From Octopus vulgaris (lineage: Eukaryota): a stretch of 64,000 nucleotides of DNA. The notes beneath the pieces were generated by a model. That model was not told the DNA's origin and did not search any database. It saw nothing but the letters and a program-made list of their open reading frames with translations. Positions 39,095-54,589 of the stretch are shown piece after piece (positions within the stretch are counted from its first letter, which is position 1; each line of letters begins with the position of its first letter). The translations under genes were made by a program, and so were the position numbers. The DNA lies in assembly GCA_951406725.2 (NCBI GenBank), contig OX597820.1, positions 121,706,001 to 121,770,000 of the forward strand. Reading direction: 5' to 3'.

Positions 39095-39780
39095 CAGGGG
39101 TTAGGCAAAATAATGGAGACATCGGATCTTTTCGGTTTGAACGGCAGTTTTTTCTAGCGGTGTCATATGAAATTGTCACCCATAATTATGACCCTAGTAT
39201 CGATCTATTGCATTTAAATCTATTTTAGGGTTAGGGTTAGTTAGGGTTAGTTATGGTTAGGGTTAGGGTTAGGGTGGTGGGAAGGGTATCTTTTTTTCTT
39301 CACAAATGTAAATAAACCCAATCTGTTTCTTAAACGAGGGACGTATTCATACGGCACAGAATGGTTTTTTTTACCTCAATAGTCGTCAGTGATTGGTGGA
39401 AATTGCAGAAATTGAATAAAAAAACAACAAATATCTTACAAACTATAGAATTTTCTGAATAAATCCAAGAGAAAAAGATGTTTTATAAACACATTCTACC
39501 AGTATACGAAGTTTAAATTTTTTTAGTTACCTAGAAATTATGTTAAAAACTGCCGTTCAAACCGAAAAAATCCGAGACATCTATTCTTATTTAACTTTTT
39601 TCTTTGTTTTGCCAACATATCAAAGTCAGAACTATTCATATGCATTATATACAAGCCCTGCACTTCATGATATGGGCCTTCGTTTGAGCTTTTTACAGAT
39701 GCTTCTACTTAAATCAGTTAAATGCGTCATGTGATTTCCAAATAAAAGAAAGTTGTTGGAACGCTAATGAAGCCCTGAAT
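39095..39780 (-). mobile_element. Tc1/mariner-like remnant interrupted by the MITE
   Basis: TA|caggggttaggcaaaataatggagacatc resembles a Tc1-type TIR. The minus strand near 39670-39720 loosely resembles the Tc1 C-terminus (VEA.VKA..GP..). Confidence 0.4.
39124..39573 (+). mobile_element. MITE, Merlin-like (copy 5)
   Basis: GG-terminated TIRs and a perfect 8-bp TSD gagacatc (39116-39123 and 39574-39581). Confidence 0.9.
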
Positions 39781-39796
39781 CACTTTTTACCTGGTG

Positions 39797-39879
39797 TTAG
39801 CATTTCGTTGTACAATCTATGATCTATTCACAGACATACGCGCACACGCACGCACACATACACACGCACACACATACAT

Positions 39880-39911
<32 letters not shown>

Positions 39912-40187
39912 GTATATATATAATAATAATATTAGGGGAGTATATCCAAACTTACAGGGACAAATTAGATTTAGGATTAAATCAAAATTCACAGTATAAA
40001 TATAAATTAAATTAGAGATAAAACCACTATTAGGCAACTCAAACAGTGATAGGGATAAACCAAAGCATAAAAAACAAAAAATAAATATAATTAATATAAT
40101 ATATAATATATATATAGAAAATATAAAATTTAAGATTTAAATTATTAAAATTTAAAATTTTTTTTATTTTTATATTTTTTAAAAACT

Positions 40188-40223
<36 letters not shown>

Positions 40224-40268
40224 CGTGCGTGCGTATGTCTGTGAACAGATCGTACAACGAAATGCTGA
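39797..40268. repeat. Inverted duplication (39797-39910 / 40190-40268) around an AT-rich insert
   Basis: tagcatttcgttgtac..gatctattcacagacatacgcgcac.. is mirrored by ..gtgcgtatgtctgtgaacagatcgtacaacgaaatgctg. Confidence 0.8.
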
Positions 40269-40455
40269 GATATATATATATATATATATATATAGTTTTT
40301 GTATTTGTCACTTAAAACGTTGTGAAAATCGTTCTTTGGGATTTCTGTGATATCCGACGAAGATGAAGGCAACAAAACGAACAAACCAGCAAACAACAAC
40401 AACGAGAGCAACAACAATAATAATAGTAACAATAATAACAATAATAATAATAATG

Positions 40456-40566
<111 letters not shown>

Positions 40567-41224
40567 TTACTTCACAAATATGACAAAGATTTATGTGTCA
40601 TAGATGGAAGTTTCCCCGACTAAATGAGTCACCAGAATAATGATAACGTTAGTAATAATAATAAACAGGTATTGTTGTTTATATAGCTGGCATTTAGTAA
40701 GTAATTAGTCTGTACAAAGTCGTTTATAGGATCTTTAGGTAACGTACTAAGAAATAGTCAGCACAACAAACGAATGAAACATACCATATATATACATCCA
40801 TCACAAACTTGTACACTGTCGCACACAGGTACACACACAAACACACACACACACACATCCTGATTAAAAGAAGGCAATATGAAACGACTTTAGCAATTTA
40901 GTTTTTGAAGCGGCAATGTTAGTAATTATCAAAACTATTTTCCGCATGACTGAACTGTAACAGTAAAAAAACAGGAAGAAGGGGCTAAATTTTGCTTTAA
41001 TGACCGATGAGCTCATTAGGTGACTAGTGGGTGTCTCTCAACCTGCAACACAGAGAAGCCTAATCTCTCTCAACTCATAAACTATTGTCAACCTGCGAGA
41101 CATAGCAGACAAAACCGTCTTCTTTTACACCTTACTGCCTTCAGTAAGGTCACTTCACCAATTAGAAATAACAATCACACTTTAAAATTACGTAATAAAT
41201 TCACAAAGCGCTTGTACTCTTGGA

Positions 41225-41312
<88 letters not shown>

Positions 41313-41659
41313 AAGTTGAGGCACCAGAATTTAGTACGTTATTATGCATACAATTTCAAAATAAGGTGGTTAAAATCAAAATAAGCAACAAGGATATCCC
41401 GAGCTAATGCAGTACAATCGTTTCATGCAACTCCATTTAATTGAACAATGCAATGATTACATCAGTTTAAAATACAAAGCAATCGTCAACTTCTTCTTAA
41501 CTTCTTGGAGAGTTTAGGTATAATTATAATAATATCTCAATCTATTAAAATTTAATTAAATTGTATGTCTTTGCGCAGCTCAAGATTGCTCTGCATTTTA
41601 AATTGATGTAATGATTGATTTGTGCAAGTACAATGACGATCTGTTGGAGCCCTCATCAT

Positions 41660-42620
41660 TGAGGACGTCGTGAAACCTTTGTGCTCTGATCTCGACTCTC
41701 CGCAGCATATTGCTATGGGAAGCCAAAATGATTCACAACATCATCTATATACGTTTCCACTCTGATAGGAACATATTCCATTCACTCCGACTGGAGTGAA
41801 TTCCTTTGCTCAAGGAACCCGGAGGAGCTCATCATGTACCTACTGCTTGCAGATGACTTCACCCTTCTAGCGCACACAGAGGTGGCCCTCAATACATGCG
41901 TGCCTACCTTTAGAAAGGCAGCCAAGGCTTTTGGTCTCACGATCTGTCTGAAGAAAAGTGCCTTATGCCGCATTCTGATTATCACAAATCAGCATCGAAG
42001 AACACCCACTAAAAACAATCAAACACTTCACGTATCTGGGAAGCGATAGTTCAGGTGGCACAGCCTGTGAAAAGGACGTTGGTAACCGAGTTAGGAAAAC
42101 CAGAGCTTCCTTAGAACTTCTTCAGAAGCGTGTAGGTCAGAACCGTGCACTGAATCTGTCGATCGGGATCAAAGTCTGCCAAGTAATTGTGCTCACTGCT
42201 CGCCTCAGTGGGTCAGAAACTTGAATGTTAAACAAGAAATATGTTAAGCCGCTGGAACGCTTCCAGCAAAGATGCTTTCGTTCTACCACGGACATCTCAT
42301 TGAAGGGACACATTACCAACAACGAAGACCTCTAGCAGGTTAACGTCCTGGGCATTGCAATCATGATGGTACTCATTTAGCTCAAATGGAGGGCCACGTC
42401 TCACGTATGGACTAATCCAGAATGCTGAAAGCTACATCGTGCAGCGAGCTCAGTCAGGGCAAGAGGGACAGAGAAATACCGAAAGTGTTTCAAAGACCAG
42501 CTGAAACGCCAGCTCGTATAGGCAGGGATGGCACCACTGAGTAGGAGGGAGTCGTAGCACAGAAGGAATTGTGCCGAGATTGCATCCCAAAAAACTGTAT
42601 ATCATCCGATGAACGTTAGA
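41660..42620 (+). pseudogene. 5'-truncated, decayed RTE-clade LINE reverse transcriptase
   Basis: IYIRFHSDRNIF, LLLADDFTLLAHTE..FRKAAKAFGLTICLKKS, YLG, GSET*..LERFQQRCFR, GHVSRMD..R, ELSQGKR, FKDQLKRQL, in the expected order with stops and frameshifts. Confidence 0.85.
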
Positions 42621-42929
42621 TAGGCTGGAACTTCGAGATCACTGTGAAAACTATTATTGTTAAACAATACTCAAAATATACTCAACAAAATATATTGAGT
42701 GCTCCTTCAGTTTAAAGTAAATGTTATTTTTTTTTTATTATAACTCGACATAACTACAAATATTTATGTGGTGTGTGGCGGGGTAACATGGCAGCGTGTG
42801 CTTGGGCTTTCCGAACGGGTGAAAGAAGCATGAATTAATAGTGTTTATTAATTTATGTATATCTGAAACTTCCTTCCGTCTTTACTCTGAATTCCGAGTT
42901 TACTCGTAATATCAACTTTCATGTGTTTG

Positions 42930-43008
<79 letters not shown>

Positions 43009-43812
43009 ACGTGCATGTTCCCGTTATATGTTAAATGATGAAATAACCAATCCAACCATATTTTTTTTTTAATGAAAATACTTTCTCATTATTTTTCAAC
43101 AACATACTTGAATGAATTAATCAAACTTAATTAACTGTCGTGTTAAGCTATAAGGGATCTCAACTAAATTTTAATTACTTTTACATCGCATACTAATAAT
43201 TAAAAACACTTCGTTTCTCTATAGATGAATATGCGTAAATTCCGAACCGGTGTGCTTAGGTGCGTGTGAGTGAGTCTTATATATTACATAACTGATATAA
43301 ATAACACACACACACCTACACACACATACACATACACACAAATGTGCACTTATTGATTGAATGGGGGCACCAACAACACATGTTTAAGAATATATATGTA
43401 AACAGACTTACACTCTTGTGTTTACTAAACACTCGTAGCTTCGTTGTAAAATTACCGTCCGTAGTAAAACCATAAACCTCTCAGCAAACAAGGGATCAAC
43501 TGGTTTTGACTTTCATTTAACACCTCGTCAGGAGTATCTTTCTTTCTCTTACATGTCGTACAATTCTCCTTCATAATAAAATTAAACAAGATCAGAGGAG
43601 ACTTGACCAGCTTTCCATACTAAGGCAATGTCGGCTATGAATTCATCTACCATTGTCCTGAAGAAGGCTTTATTCTATTTCTTTTTATACCATTTATTCG
43701 AAGCAAGGAGAGCATTGATGTTTAAGCCGATCCTGGCGGTCCTAAATCTCGGCGTTGATGCTTAAAACCGGAAAGTAATTGATCCGCACCGGTGTATGGT
43801 GAAGAGCTGTAA

Positions 43813-44110
43813 GGCGGCGAGCTGGCGAAATGCGTTGCCGTATTTCGACTGCCGTTACGTTCTGAGTTCAAATTCCGCCGAGGTCGACTTTGCCTTTCAT
43901 CCTTTCGGGGTCGATTAGATAAGTACCAGTTACGCTCTGGGGTCGATATAATCGACTTAATCCGTTTGTCTGTCCTTGTTTGTACTCTCTGAGTTTAGCC
44001 CCTTGTGGGTAGTAAAAAAATAGGTATTTCGTCTGACGCTATGTTCTGAGTTCAAATTCTGTCAAGGTCGACTTTACCTTTCCTCCTTTCCGAGTCGATA
44101 AAAAAGCTAC
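43813..44110 (+). mobile_element. SINE family A with appended partial headless second unit
   Basis: A full unit ending gtgggtagtaaaaaaata, then ggtatttcgtctg..gagttcaaattc..gtcgata. Confidence 0.85.
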
Positions 44111-44406
44111 CATAAAACAAAAAAAAAACTGACTCTTCACCGATATAAGGAACCGTTGCTCTTTATCCTTGTTATTATCTCCCGTAGTAGTTTGAAAGCA
44201 GCCACCGAATGCCACGCAGTGTAATTTCAATGTAACCCAGTCTGTTGATGTTTGATTTGCAAGGTTTATTCGACTAAAATTTCCTAGTGTTTTAGTTCTA
44301 TAGCAAAGCTATTTCTACAGATAATCCTTGTTTGGGTTCCATCTTATATTGTAAGTAATAACACTTTCCCTTTCTACGAATGTATGAGGAGTGTCTTGAA
44401 CTTATA

Positions 44407-44568
44407 GGCGTAGGAGTGGCTGTGTGGTAAGTAGCTTGCTTACTAACCACATGGTTTCGGGTTCAGTCCCACTGCGTGACACCTTGGGCAAGTGTCTCCT
44501 ACTATAGCCTCGGGCCGACCAAAGCCTTGTGAGTGGATTTGGTAGACGGAAACTGAAAGAATTCCGTC

Positions 44569-44652
<84 letters not shown>

Positions 44653-44866
44653 TTGTGTGTCTGTGTTTGTCCCCCCAACATTGCTTGACAACCGATGCTG
44701 GTGTGTTTACGTCCCCGTAACTTAGCGGTTCGGCAAAAGAGGTCGATTGAATAAGTACTAGGCTTACAAAGAATAAGTCCTGGGGTCGATTTGTTCGACT
44801 AAAGTCGGTGCTCTAGCATGGCCACAGTCAAATGACTGAAACAAGTAAGAGAGTAAAAGAGTAAAA
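44407..44866 (+). mobile_element. tRNA-derived SINE family B, full length, with expanded internal (TA)n(GT)n
   Basis: ggcgtaggagtggctgtgtggtaagtagc...gactgaaacaagtaagagagtaaaagag. Confidence 0.92.
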
Positions 44867-45775
44867 GCATTTTTCGATGATATTGACCCTGAATCCTTTT
44901 TTTCCTTTCGCTTAAATGTTTCTTTTCGTTTCTGTTGAACAAATTCTATTTTGAATTTGATTTAATATTTTAATTTTCAGTTTTAGAGAAATTGGTTTTC
45001 TTATTATTGCTTTTACATATAATTCTAATATTTAATCTGAAAATTAGGCATCTAAATTATATGATGTGTATTAAGTGCTTTTTGAGCAGGTAGTCTCGGT
45101 TTCTGTCTCTGTCTATCTGTCTCTCTCTCTCCATCTCTCTTCTCTCTCTCTCTCTCTCCCTGTCTTATAAATGGCATCAACGCAAAATTTTATGAGAAAA
45201 ACAAACAGAAACGACAAAATCTAGGAGTGTTTCCCATTCATATATATATAAAGTTGAGTAAAAAACTATAAAATCATTCAATTCAACTTGACAGACAACT
45301 CTGCGTGTGTGTCTCCATTTTGGACTCGAGTACCAACTTTCCCATGATGAAGGCTTGATAATAGTTAAGAGACTAACAAGCATGAAACCACTGGCAACCT
45401 TGTTAATTCAGAAATAAATTATATATATATATACACGTGCACACACACACGCACACGCATATTTATGTATATATTTACTATACGTGAGAGAGAGAGTGAG
45501 AGAGAGAGATCAAGTTATATACACCTTCCTGTTTCTCCCCACCAAAAATGCAGTGAACCACTGAAAAATGCTGCTCTTCATGAATTACAATATAACGAAT
45601 AAATCGGGTTAGCGATATCTTGGCTGTTGAGTGCGGTTAGGATGGAAATATTAGAACTAATATTTGGTAGCAGCAGCAGAGGGTAGGAAAAAATACGTTG
45701 TTGTTTCACGTTATGGTCTTACTTGAATTCTCACTCGGAGTCAGTCTTCCTTGTTGTTCTTTCGTTTAGATAAAA

Positions 45776-46080
45776 CTAGCAGTATCGCCCGGCGTTGCTC
45801 GGGTTTGTAAGGGAAATAATTATATAAGCATTTTTAGAGAGTTACTTCCCTTATATAATAGCCAAAAAATGCATTAAAAATGGGAAAAAATTATGGTAAA
45901 TTTCTTTTTAAATCGTAGACTCATCGTAGACGCGCGCTAATACCCAGAAGGGCTCGATATGAATCACGACTATAAGATACCCGCTTTTGGTTAAACTGCA
46001 CCGCAAAATGTGGGGGTAGTTAGGAATCTAAATCGTAGGAGACAGACACTCACACAACTTCACTTTTATATATATGAAGA
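45776..46080 (-). mobile_element. Non-autonomous Helitron (copy 2)
   Basis: Same family as 10892-11289: 5' TC, 3' hairpin plus CTAG, A^T target. Confidence 0.85.
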
Positions 46081-46755
46081 TATAACACCACGCAAGTAAT
46101 AGCTGAGCTAATAGATTCCAAAGTCTGTTGGAATGGTGAAATCAATTAGTGCATTTGAATAATATATATTTTATTAAATTTTAGCTTCATATTCTGAGAC
46201 TAAAATGGAATTTACTTTCATATTTCCTTCCACGATAATGTTGGGGATAATGCGCTGATGTGGATCAACTTGTGGATCAACTTGTGGATCAACAAAAGCG
46301 TCTCAATTTTCGTCACGTTAATGTATCGTTATCATTCAAACACGTGGTCAATCACGTGATCACTGCGTCCAAATTATTTTTTTTTGGAGAATGACGTACT
46401 GAACCGCTCGTGTGTGCAATGTGGACAGGCATCGCCTGAATGTATCAGACATGTAGAATACAAGTCCGTGACATTCCTCATTCTTAAGATCACCTAAGGT
46501 TCAGCTACACTATGCACACAGCCTCTCTGGGGGGGGGGGGATCAAAGGACAAAGAACTGGTTTTAACACCAGCCAAAGAGATGGTGCCAGAGAGTCTTCG
46601 AGAGTGGGGTACATCGCGACCAATCTTTTATTTGAGTAATTAAAACTGGAGGAGAAACGCAGTCAACATTACGAGAAGAATAGATTTGTAACGCAGTGTC
46701 TCTCTCTCTCCTCTCTCTCCTCTCTCTGTCTGTCTCTCTTTCTCTCTCTCTCTCT

Positions 46756-46794
<39 letters not shown>

Positions 46795-46959
46795 TCTCAC
46801 ACACACACCAAATATTTACTTGTGCCGTCTTCGTCGGCCAATGTTATCAGGAATTAGGATGGACAAAGATTCCATAATTGCAAGAGGTGATGTTCACCAT
46901 CATATTCGATGGGCAAACCTAGTAGGAGGGAGGGCGTAACGATGGACAACGAGATCGTA

Positions 46960-46964
46960 TCATC

Positions 46965-47004
<40 letters not shown>

Positions 47005-47538
47005 ACATCATCATCATCGTCGTCATCATCACCGTCATCATGATCATCATCGTCATCATGATCATGATCATGATCATCATCGTCATCATCACCATCATCA
47101 TCATCATCGTCATCATTATCACCATCATCATCATCGTCATCGTCGTCATCATCATCATCATCGTCATCGTCGTCATCACCATCATCATCATCATCGTCAT
47201 CATCATCATCATCATTATCATCATCATCGTCATCATCATCGTCGTCATCATCATCATCATCATCATCGTCATCGTCGTCATCATCATCATCATCATCATC
47301 GTCATCATCATCATCATCACTATCATCGTCTATATCCTCCAAATGCTTTTGCTTATCTTCTGCTTTGTTATCGTTCTTTTCCTTGTCTTCCCCTCCCTCC
47401 ACCTCTGCCTCATCATCATCATTATCATCATCATCATCATAATCGTCACCATTGTCATGAAGATCACCATCATCATCATCGTCGTCATCATCATCATCAT
47501 CATCGTCGTCATCATCATCATCATCATCATCATCGTCG

Positions 47539-47585
<47 letters not shown>

Positions 47586-47610
47586 GTCGTCATCATCATC
47601 ATCATCATCG
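46960..47610. repeat. (CAT)n/(CGT) compound microsatellite
   Basis: Direct reading. It is the source of the poly-D, poly-M and poly-I ORFs. Confidence 0.95.
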
Positions 47611-47888
47611 TCCACATTCATTCGAGAATTAATTTAATCTATTTGATATGATTATCTTTTCGTGTTGTTGTTGCTGTTGTCGTCTTGTTTCCCTGAGTGA
47701 AAAAAAATCATTTCAGTTGTCTTTATTCTTCTTCTAGTCATCCTCCTCCTTCTCTCACCCGTCTCCCTCACTTACTCCCTCATTCTTACTCTCTGTCTCT
47801 CTCTCCCTCTCTCCCTCTCCCTCTTTCACCTCTCCTTCTCTTTCTCGTTTCCTTCAATTATAAAATGTCAGTTTTTTAGTTTTAGCCA

Positions 47889-47923
<35 letters not shown>

Positions 47924-48489
47924 TTGTAGTTGCAGATTATTTTACAGTGATTGTAGTTTCCGGTGGTTGATAATCTGTTACACAACTTCTCGTTGCTGCT
48001 AGTGCTGCTGGTGATGCTGCTGCTTCTGCTGCTGCTGCTGCTGCTGATGGTAACTAATGGAAGAAGACGGAATATTAGATTCCACACTTGTTTCTTTGAC
48101 TAACTTCACTCACCATACACACACACACACACACACACACATACACACACACACAAAATTACGCGCATACAAAACACACACACGTCAGATACTTTTACAC
48201 CAAATTCTCCTTCAAAAGACCGAAAATATTTCATTTCTTCGTTTGCCAACAACAACAACAACGACAACAACAACAACAGCGACAACAACAGCGACAACAG
48301 CGACAACAGCGACAACACAATGAATATTTCTACATTATTTAAATAATTTTTTCACATTTACTGCTTTTTTCTTGTTTTGAGGAGACTTCATTATGATAAT
48401 AAGGAATAAATTAGTGATGATGATGATGAGGAGGAGGAGGATGGCGGTGGTGGTGGTGGTGGTGGTGGTGGTCTGGTGATGATGATGAT

Positions 48490-49040
48490 TATGATGGTGG
48501 TGGTGGTGTTCGTGGTGTTGTGGTGGTGGTGGTGGTGGTGATGGTGGTGGTAGTGGTGATGATGATGATGGTGGTGGTGTTCGTGGTGTGGTGGTGGTGG
48601 TGGTGGTGGTGATGGTGGTGGTAGTGGTGATGATGATGATGATGATGGTGGTGGTGTTCGTGGTGTGGTGGTGGTGGTGTGGTGGTGGTAGTGGTGATGA
48701 TGATGATGATGATGGTGGTGGTGTTCGTGGTGTGGTGGTGGTGGTGGTGGTGGTGGTGGTGGTGGTAGTGGTGATGATGATGATGATGATGGTGGTGGTG
48801 TTCGTGGTGTGGTGGTGGTGGTGATGGTGGTGGTAGTGGTGATGATGATGATGATGATGGTGGTGGTGTTCGTGGTGTGGTGGTGGTGGTGGTGGTGGTG
48901 GTGGTGGTAGTGGTGATGATGATGATGATGATGGTGGTGGTGTTCGTGGTGTGGTGGTGGTGGTGGTGGTGGTGGTGGTGGTGGTAGTGGTGATGATTAT
49001 GATGATGGTGGTGGTGTTCGTGGTGTGGTGGTGGTGGTGG
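48490..49040. repeat. Higher-order minisatellite: ggtgttcgtggtgt-(ggt)n-agtggt-(gat)n units
   Basis: About 9 units of 55-75 bp anchored by gtgttcgtggtgt. Confidence 0.9.
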
Positions 49041-49523
49041 TTGTGGATGTGCTGATGGAAGTAGTTTGGTGTCGAAATATATAAATGTCGTAAATGCACG
49101 AATGCACATTCAGCCTCGTTCTGATTTCATGCCTTGCAATAATATTCCAGTCGATCTTTGTCAATATCTTTAGATTGTCCGGAACCAAATCTCCAACGGC
49201 TTAGTGACGGGCATCCATGATCTATGAATTTATACGTGGCCCCAATTTCTCAATGAAACACATTAAAACTAAGGATGCTTTTTAACAAGGGCATTATTGG
49301 TAATCATAGGGACTTATCTAGCGGTCACAAACAGCGTTATTTATTACATTTAAAAACACCTGATATTTCTACCAGGTATAATTCTGTCGGCTAATACCTC
49401 CGGTCAACTAGTCATTTTCCCCACTTATTCCCATCATCATCATCATCATCATCATCGTCGTCATCATCACCATCATCATCGTCATCATCATCATCATCAT
49501 TACCATCATCATCATCATCGTCG

Positions 49524-49568
<45 letters not shown>

Positions 49569-49590
49569 ATGTCATCATCATCATCATCCC

Positions 49591-49631
<41 letters not shown>

Positions 49632-49964
49632 CTATCAACGTCTATATTCAGTCCTGTAACTGAAGAAATGTTCACACGCGTGGAACCCAAAAAAGCCGCA
49701 AAAATGTAAACCTAAAGACTTAACAAACATTTTTCTTTTTTTTTCCTTTTTCCTTCTCCTTTTTCTCCTATCTATATTCCTCCGATAAACTCTAAATCCT
49801 TCTGAGAATGATTGTTAAACGGAACGAGATAAATGCAAATTTACTTCGAAATAACAAACTGAAACAGCTGTAAAAGTTCTTTAACTACAATTAAACTATG
49901 ACCCTTTAATACCAACGATCAACTTCTAATTGTTAATTGTTGCTCCATTTATTTTCTTATCTGT

Positions 49965-50322
<358 letters not shown>

Positions 50323-50565
50323 TACATAAGTGGTGACAAAAGGACAGGAGTTAGGCGATCACCTACATTAGGGCACAGCTGTTGTTTCTGCTAATGAGAA
50401 GCAATATACACAGAGCTGAGTGCTTATGCACAGTGGCTTTGTACTCGGCCATCGCCTTACTCTAATGTGTCGGGGCCGATTGAGTTCTAAAACCGGGGCG
50501 TTAGTATCAATATGTCTGAGAGAAATCAGAAAACACACGCATGTATGTATATGTATGTGCGTATA

Positions 50566-50623
<58 letters not shown>

Positions 50624-51331
50624 CGCATATGTGTATATCAGCCATTGAGCGGCGAGCCAAGACACCTCCCCAAATCATAAGGTCTTTAAAAAAAAATGAA
50701 AGAATGCATCAAATGCTAAAAAAACCCGACGACCGTAAAGACATGTGTTTAATCAGAGATGATGTAAGGTTGAATTACATCAAGAATACAAGCGCACAGA
50801 GAGACAGACTCACACACACACTGATTTACACACTGAACTGAAAAATACACAAATACATATGTACACACACCTGCACGCATATTCATTCAACCAAATATCC
50901 TTGTGTCCAACTATCCATCCATGCATACACACACACACACACACATATATATATCCACTCGTTCTTCACAGACCAACGCACACACATAATCACGCGCGTA
51001 TTAATATAAAGTTCCTTTCCGTTAATAGCCCTATTGCAACCAGCTGGTCGTTGAATACCGAGGGCGATGATATACTTACAAGGCAGTTTTAATCCCAAAA
51101 TGATTAATGTCCTTCAGCGAAAGTATGTGGAGAACTGGGTTTACAGTAAACATAAATATACACTGTATCCATAAATGAGTGTGTGTGTATATATATTTAT
51201 CAGTAAGTGTTGTAGCTAGCAATAAAATTGCATACATATATATATATATACGTGTGTGTTTGTGTGCATATATTTATATACATATATATATATATATATA
51301 TTTATCTATACACACACACACACACACACAC

Positions 51332-51382
<51 letters not shown>

Positions 51383-51397
51383 CATACGTATATATAC

Positions 51398-51450
<53 letters not shown>

Positions 51451-51686
51451 TCATTACTTATATACAACACACATAAACTATTAACAATCTACATCTATTA
51501 CAAATATATACTGCATACATAAATATGTATGTATATATTTAAATATATGTAGACAAATGTGTGTCTGCGTGTATTCACATATTTATTGCATGTGTATATA
51601 TATATATATATATACCCGCACACACGCATACATCTAGATATATATATATATGTGTGTGTATACTTACATAGATGCAAAGACACACA

Positions 51687-51727
<41 letters not shown>

Positions 51728-52035
51728 TTATTGTACATATACTGACGCATGTACACATGCAGTAAGCACTGGAATGTAGACATATACCTACAGACATAGA
51801 AACATTGCTTACATACACACTCACACAGCGACATGCTCGCTTAAGATATTAATTTCTTTGGACGTTCACTCGCTGATACAAAGAGTTTGACGAAAAAAAA
51901 AAATAAGGAAAATCTTGTGTATGTGCGTTTGCGCGCGTGCATGTGTATAAGTGAATGTGTGAGAGAAAGAGAGGGAAGGAAAGAGAGAGGGTGAGAGAGA
52001 GCGTATGTCACAGTCCAAAACACATTGGCGATAAC

Positions 52036-52089
<54 letters not shown>

Positions 52090-53089
52090 TAGATATACTA
52101 TCTTTGACAAATAGAGTGAATGAGTTCCTCCATGTGGTCGCCCGAATAAGCAGTGTACGTATATATGTGGGTGCATGTGTGTGTGTGTACTTGCTTGTGT
52201 GTGTATATGTATAATATGTCTGTATGTGGCTATTGTTCGCAGATACTATTTAACATACACAAATTCTAATGTAAATGCCAAGTACGCTACCTTCCAGATA
52301 GCGTGTTTGTACACACACGTATGCACATAGACACGCACGCATAGACATACGTTTATACAGATATATAATGTATACACGCACATACGTAAATGTATTTATA
52401 TGTACAAACACACACACACACACACACACCTATGAACTCTCATACTCATCCATATACAAATATATTCTTCTGTGACTTAATTATAAATATACAAAATATT
52501 CGCATAAGTAAAATCCTTCTTCTTTGTGTAATGTATACATACGTATGATTTATTGGTGTGTGTGTGTGTGTGTGCTAGTTTGTGTAAGGTGGGGAGATCA
52601 TTGTCAAGTCCAATATAGTGAGAGGTGCAGACAGGCCATTAGTTTTTGTGTTGTTTTTCTTTTTTTGTTTTGCTTTATTTCGCTCCCTTTTTCCTTTCCA
52701 GCAGCTGGCGTTGTTTGCCGGAGATAAAATGTCCTGGCGTTGTTTGTGTTAACTCCATTGAAGTTTTAACTTCAATTAATTGATATTTGATGAAAAGGGG
52801 TGACTTGAACGGGTGGCTACGGATGGGTGGGAACAGAGTGAAAGGTGTGGCGGTGATATATTAATAATGTAAGATAATGGTGGTGGGGGAGGAGACATTG
52901 AGAAAGGTGGGGTAAAGTGGCGGACTGGGAGGAGAGGGTGAATGAAAGAGAAGGCAGAAACGGGGAGAAATATTCTGAAGTTTGGTGGAAGCTGAGAAAG
53001 TGGTCAAATGTTTTCCTCTGAATATATTGGTTTATTACCATGCATGCAAAAAACGCGCATATTGACACACACTTACAGATATATGTATG

Positions 53090-53213
<124 letters not shown>

Positions 53214-53308
53214 AATTCAAAATAAGCATTTATTACCTTATTTGGAAATTGTATGGATAATACCAAACGTGATTCTGGTGCCTCTAGTTAAGTACCATAT
53301 TCATCTGA

Positions 53309-53420
<112 letters not shown>

Positions 53421-54589
53421 TAGGCCTCAAGAGACATTTTAAGATCGAAAAAGCTATACACACATATACGCAAAGATACTTATGCATATATATACTGCAT
53501 TTTTTAATTATAATAAACAGTTTTATTCAAACTCATGCAATTTGAAGTTGCATTCCATTAAGATGGAACGCACTGCAAGAGAAAAAGGCAACTGATTCTG
53601 TACCAAAATCTGGGCTATATCCAACGACAGTAACGAAAACTTGTCACTGTGATGTAAGCTAGCTTAACCCTCAACTTACCTACTATATCCATCCATCCAT
53701 ATGTACGTATGTGCGTACATACAACCCTCAACCTTGATATGAAATCTAGCATAATCGTGCGGATGATAAATATTCCAAATTATCTAAACTGCAGATCATA
53801 TGTGTACTGAAGTTGTAAAATATTAGCAAGGGAAATGTGTGGCTTAAATAATCAAATAGTAGTTCTGGTTCACATAATAATTCCAACAACTTGAAAATAA
53901 AATCAATAAAGAATTACCGAAATAATCCTGCTTCCCTTTGAAAATAAAATTAAAATCAAAATTATAATTCTTGGGAAATTCAGGCAACACCGAAACAATG
54001 ATCTGCGAAACAGCAATTTCAGACAAATGACACAAAGAAACCCCTAGATCATACATCAGCATGTTTGAGGGCAATTTCAAAAACAGTTGCTAAATCATAA
54101 CTCCAGTTTAGAAAAATAAATAACATGAGATTAATCAAGCCATATATTGCATTTCAAAGCTTAGCACATTAGTTAACTTTAACACATGATTTATAGTGGA
54201 CATCTGTAAGAAATAACACGACGCACAAATTTCTGTGACGTGTGTAATGATGAAATGAACTTCAGTCACACTAAATCAATTAACGCTTTAAACATAAGAT
54301 CAGAACAAATTTCTAAACACCACCATAAGAATAAGTTCGTTCTCTCAAATCTCCACAGAACCATTTACCGAAACTAAACAAACGCAAACATCTGAAAGGA
54401 AACAGTCCGCTGACTGCTATTATTTACGCAGTCCTCCTCACGTGATTGAAGCAGTTGTATATACATGCCTTCAAGTGTATAGACGTGTATTTATGCATGT
54501 ATGTTTATAAATATGAATAAGAGTGCAATTATGCAAATTGAATGCATGTATGTACGCACATGCGTACATATGGATGGATGGATGGATAT

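Noticed and set aside
48490-49040. Regularly spaced constant motif resembling a CRISPR array
   Set aside because: The spacers are low-complexity ggt/gat runs, the context is eukaryotic, and there are no cas genes.
46854-49109. Long ORFs (poly-D 255 aa; His/Thr/Pro-rich 254 aa)
   Set aside because: These are stop-free translations of (CAT)n and (GGT)n repeats, open in several frames at once, with no splice or domain evidence.
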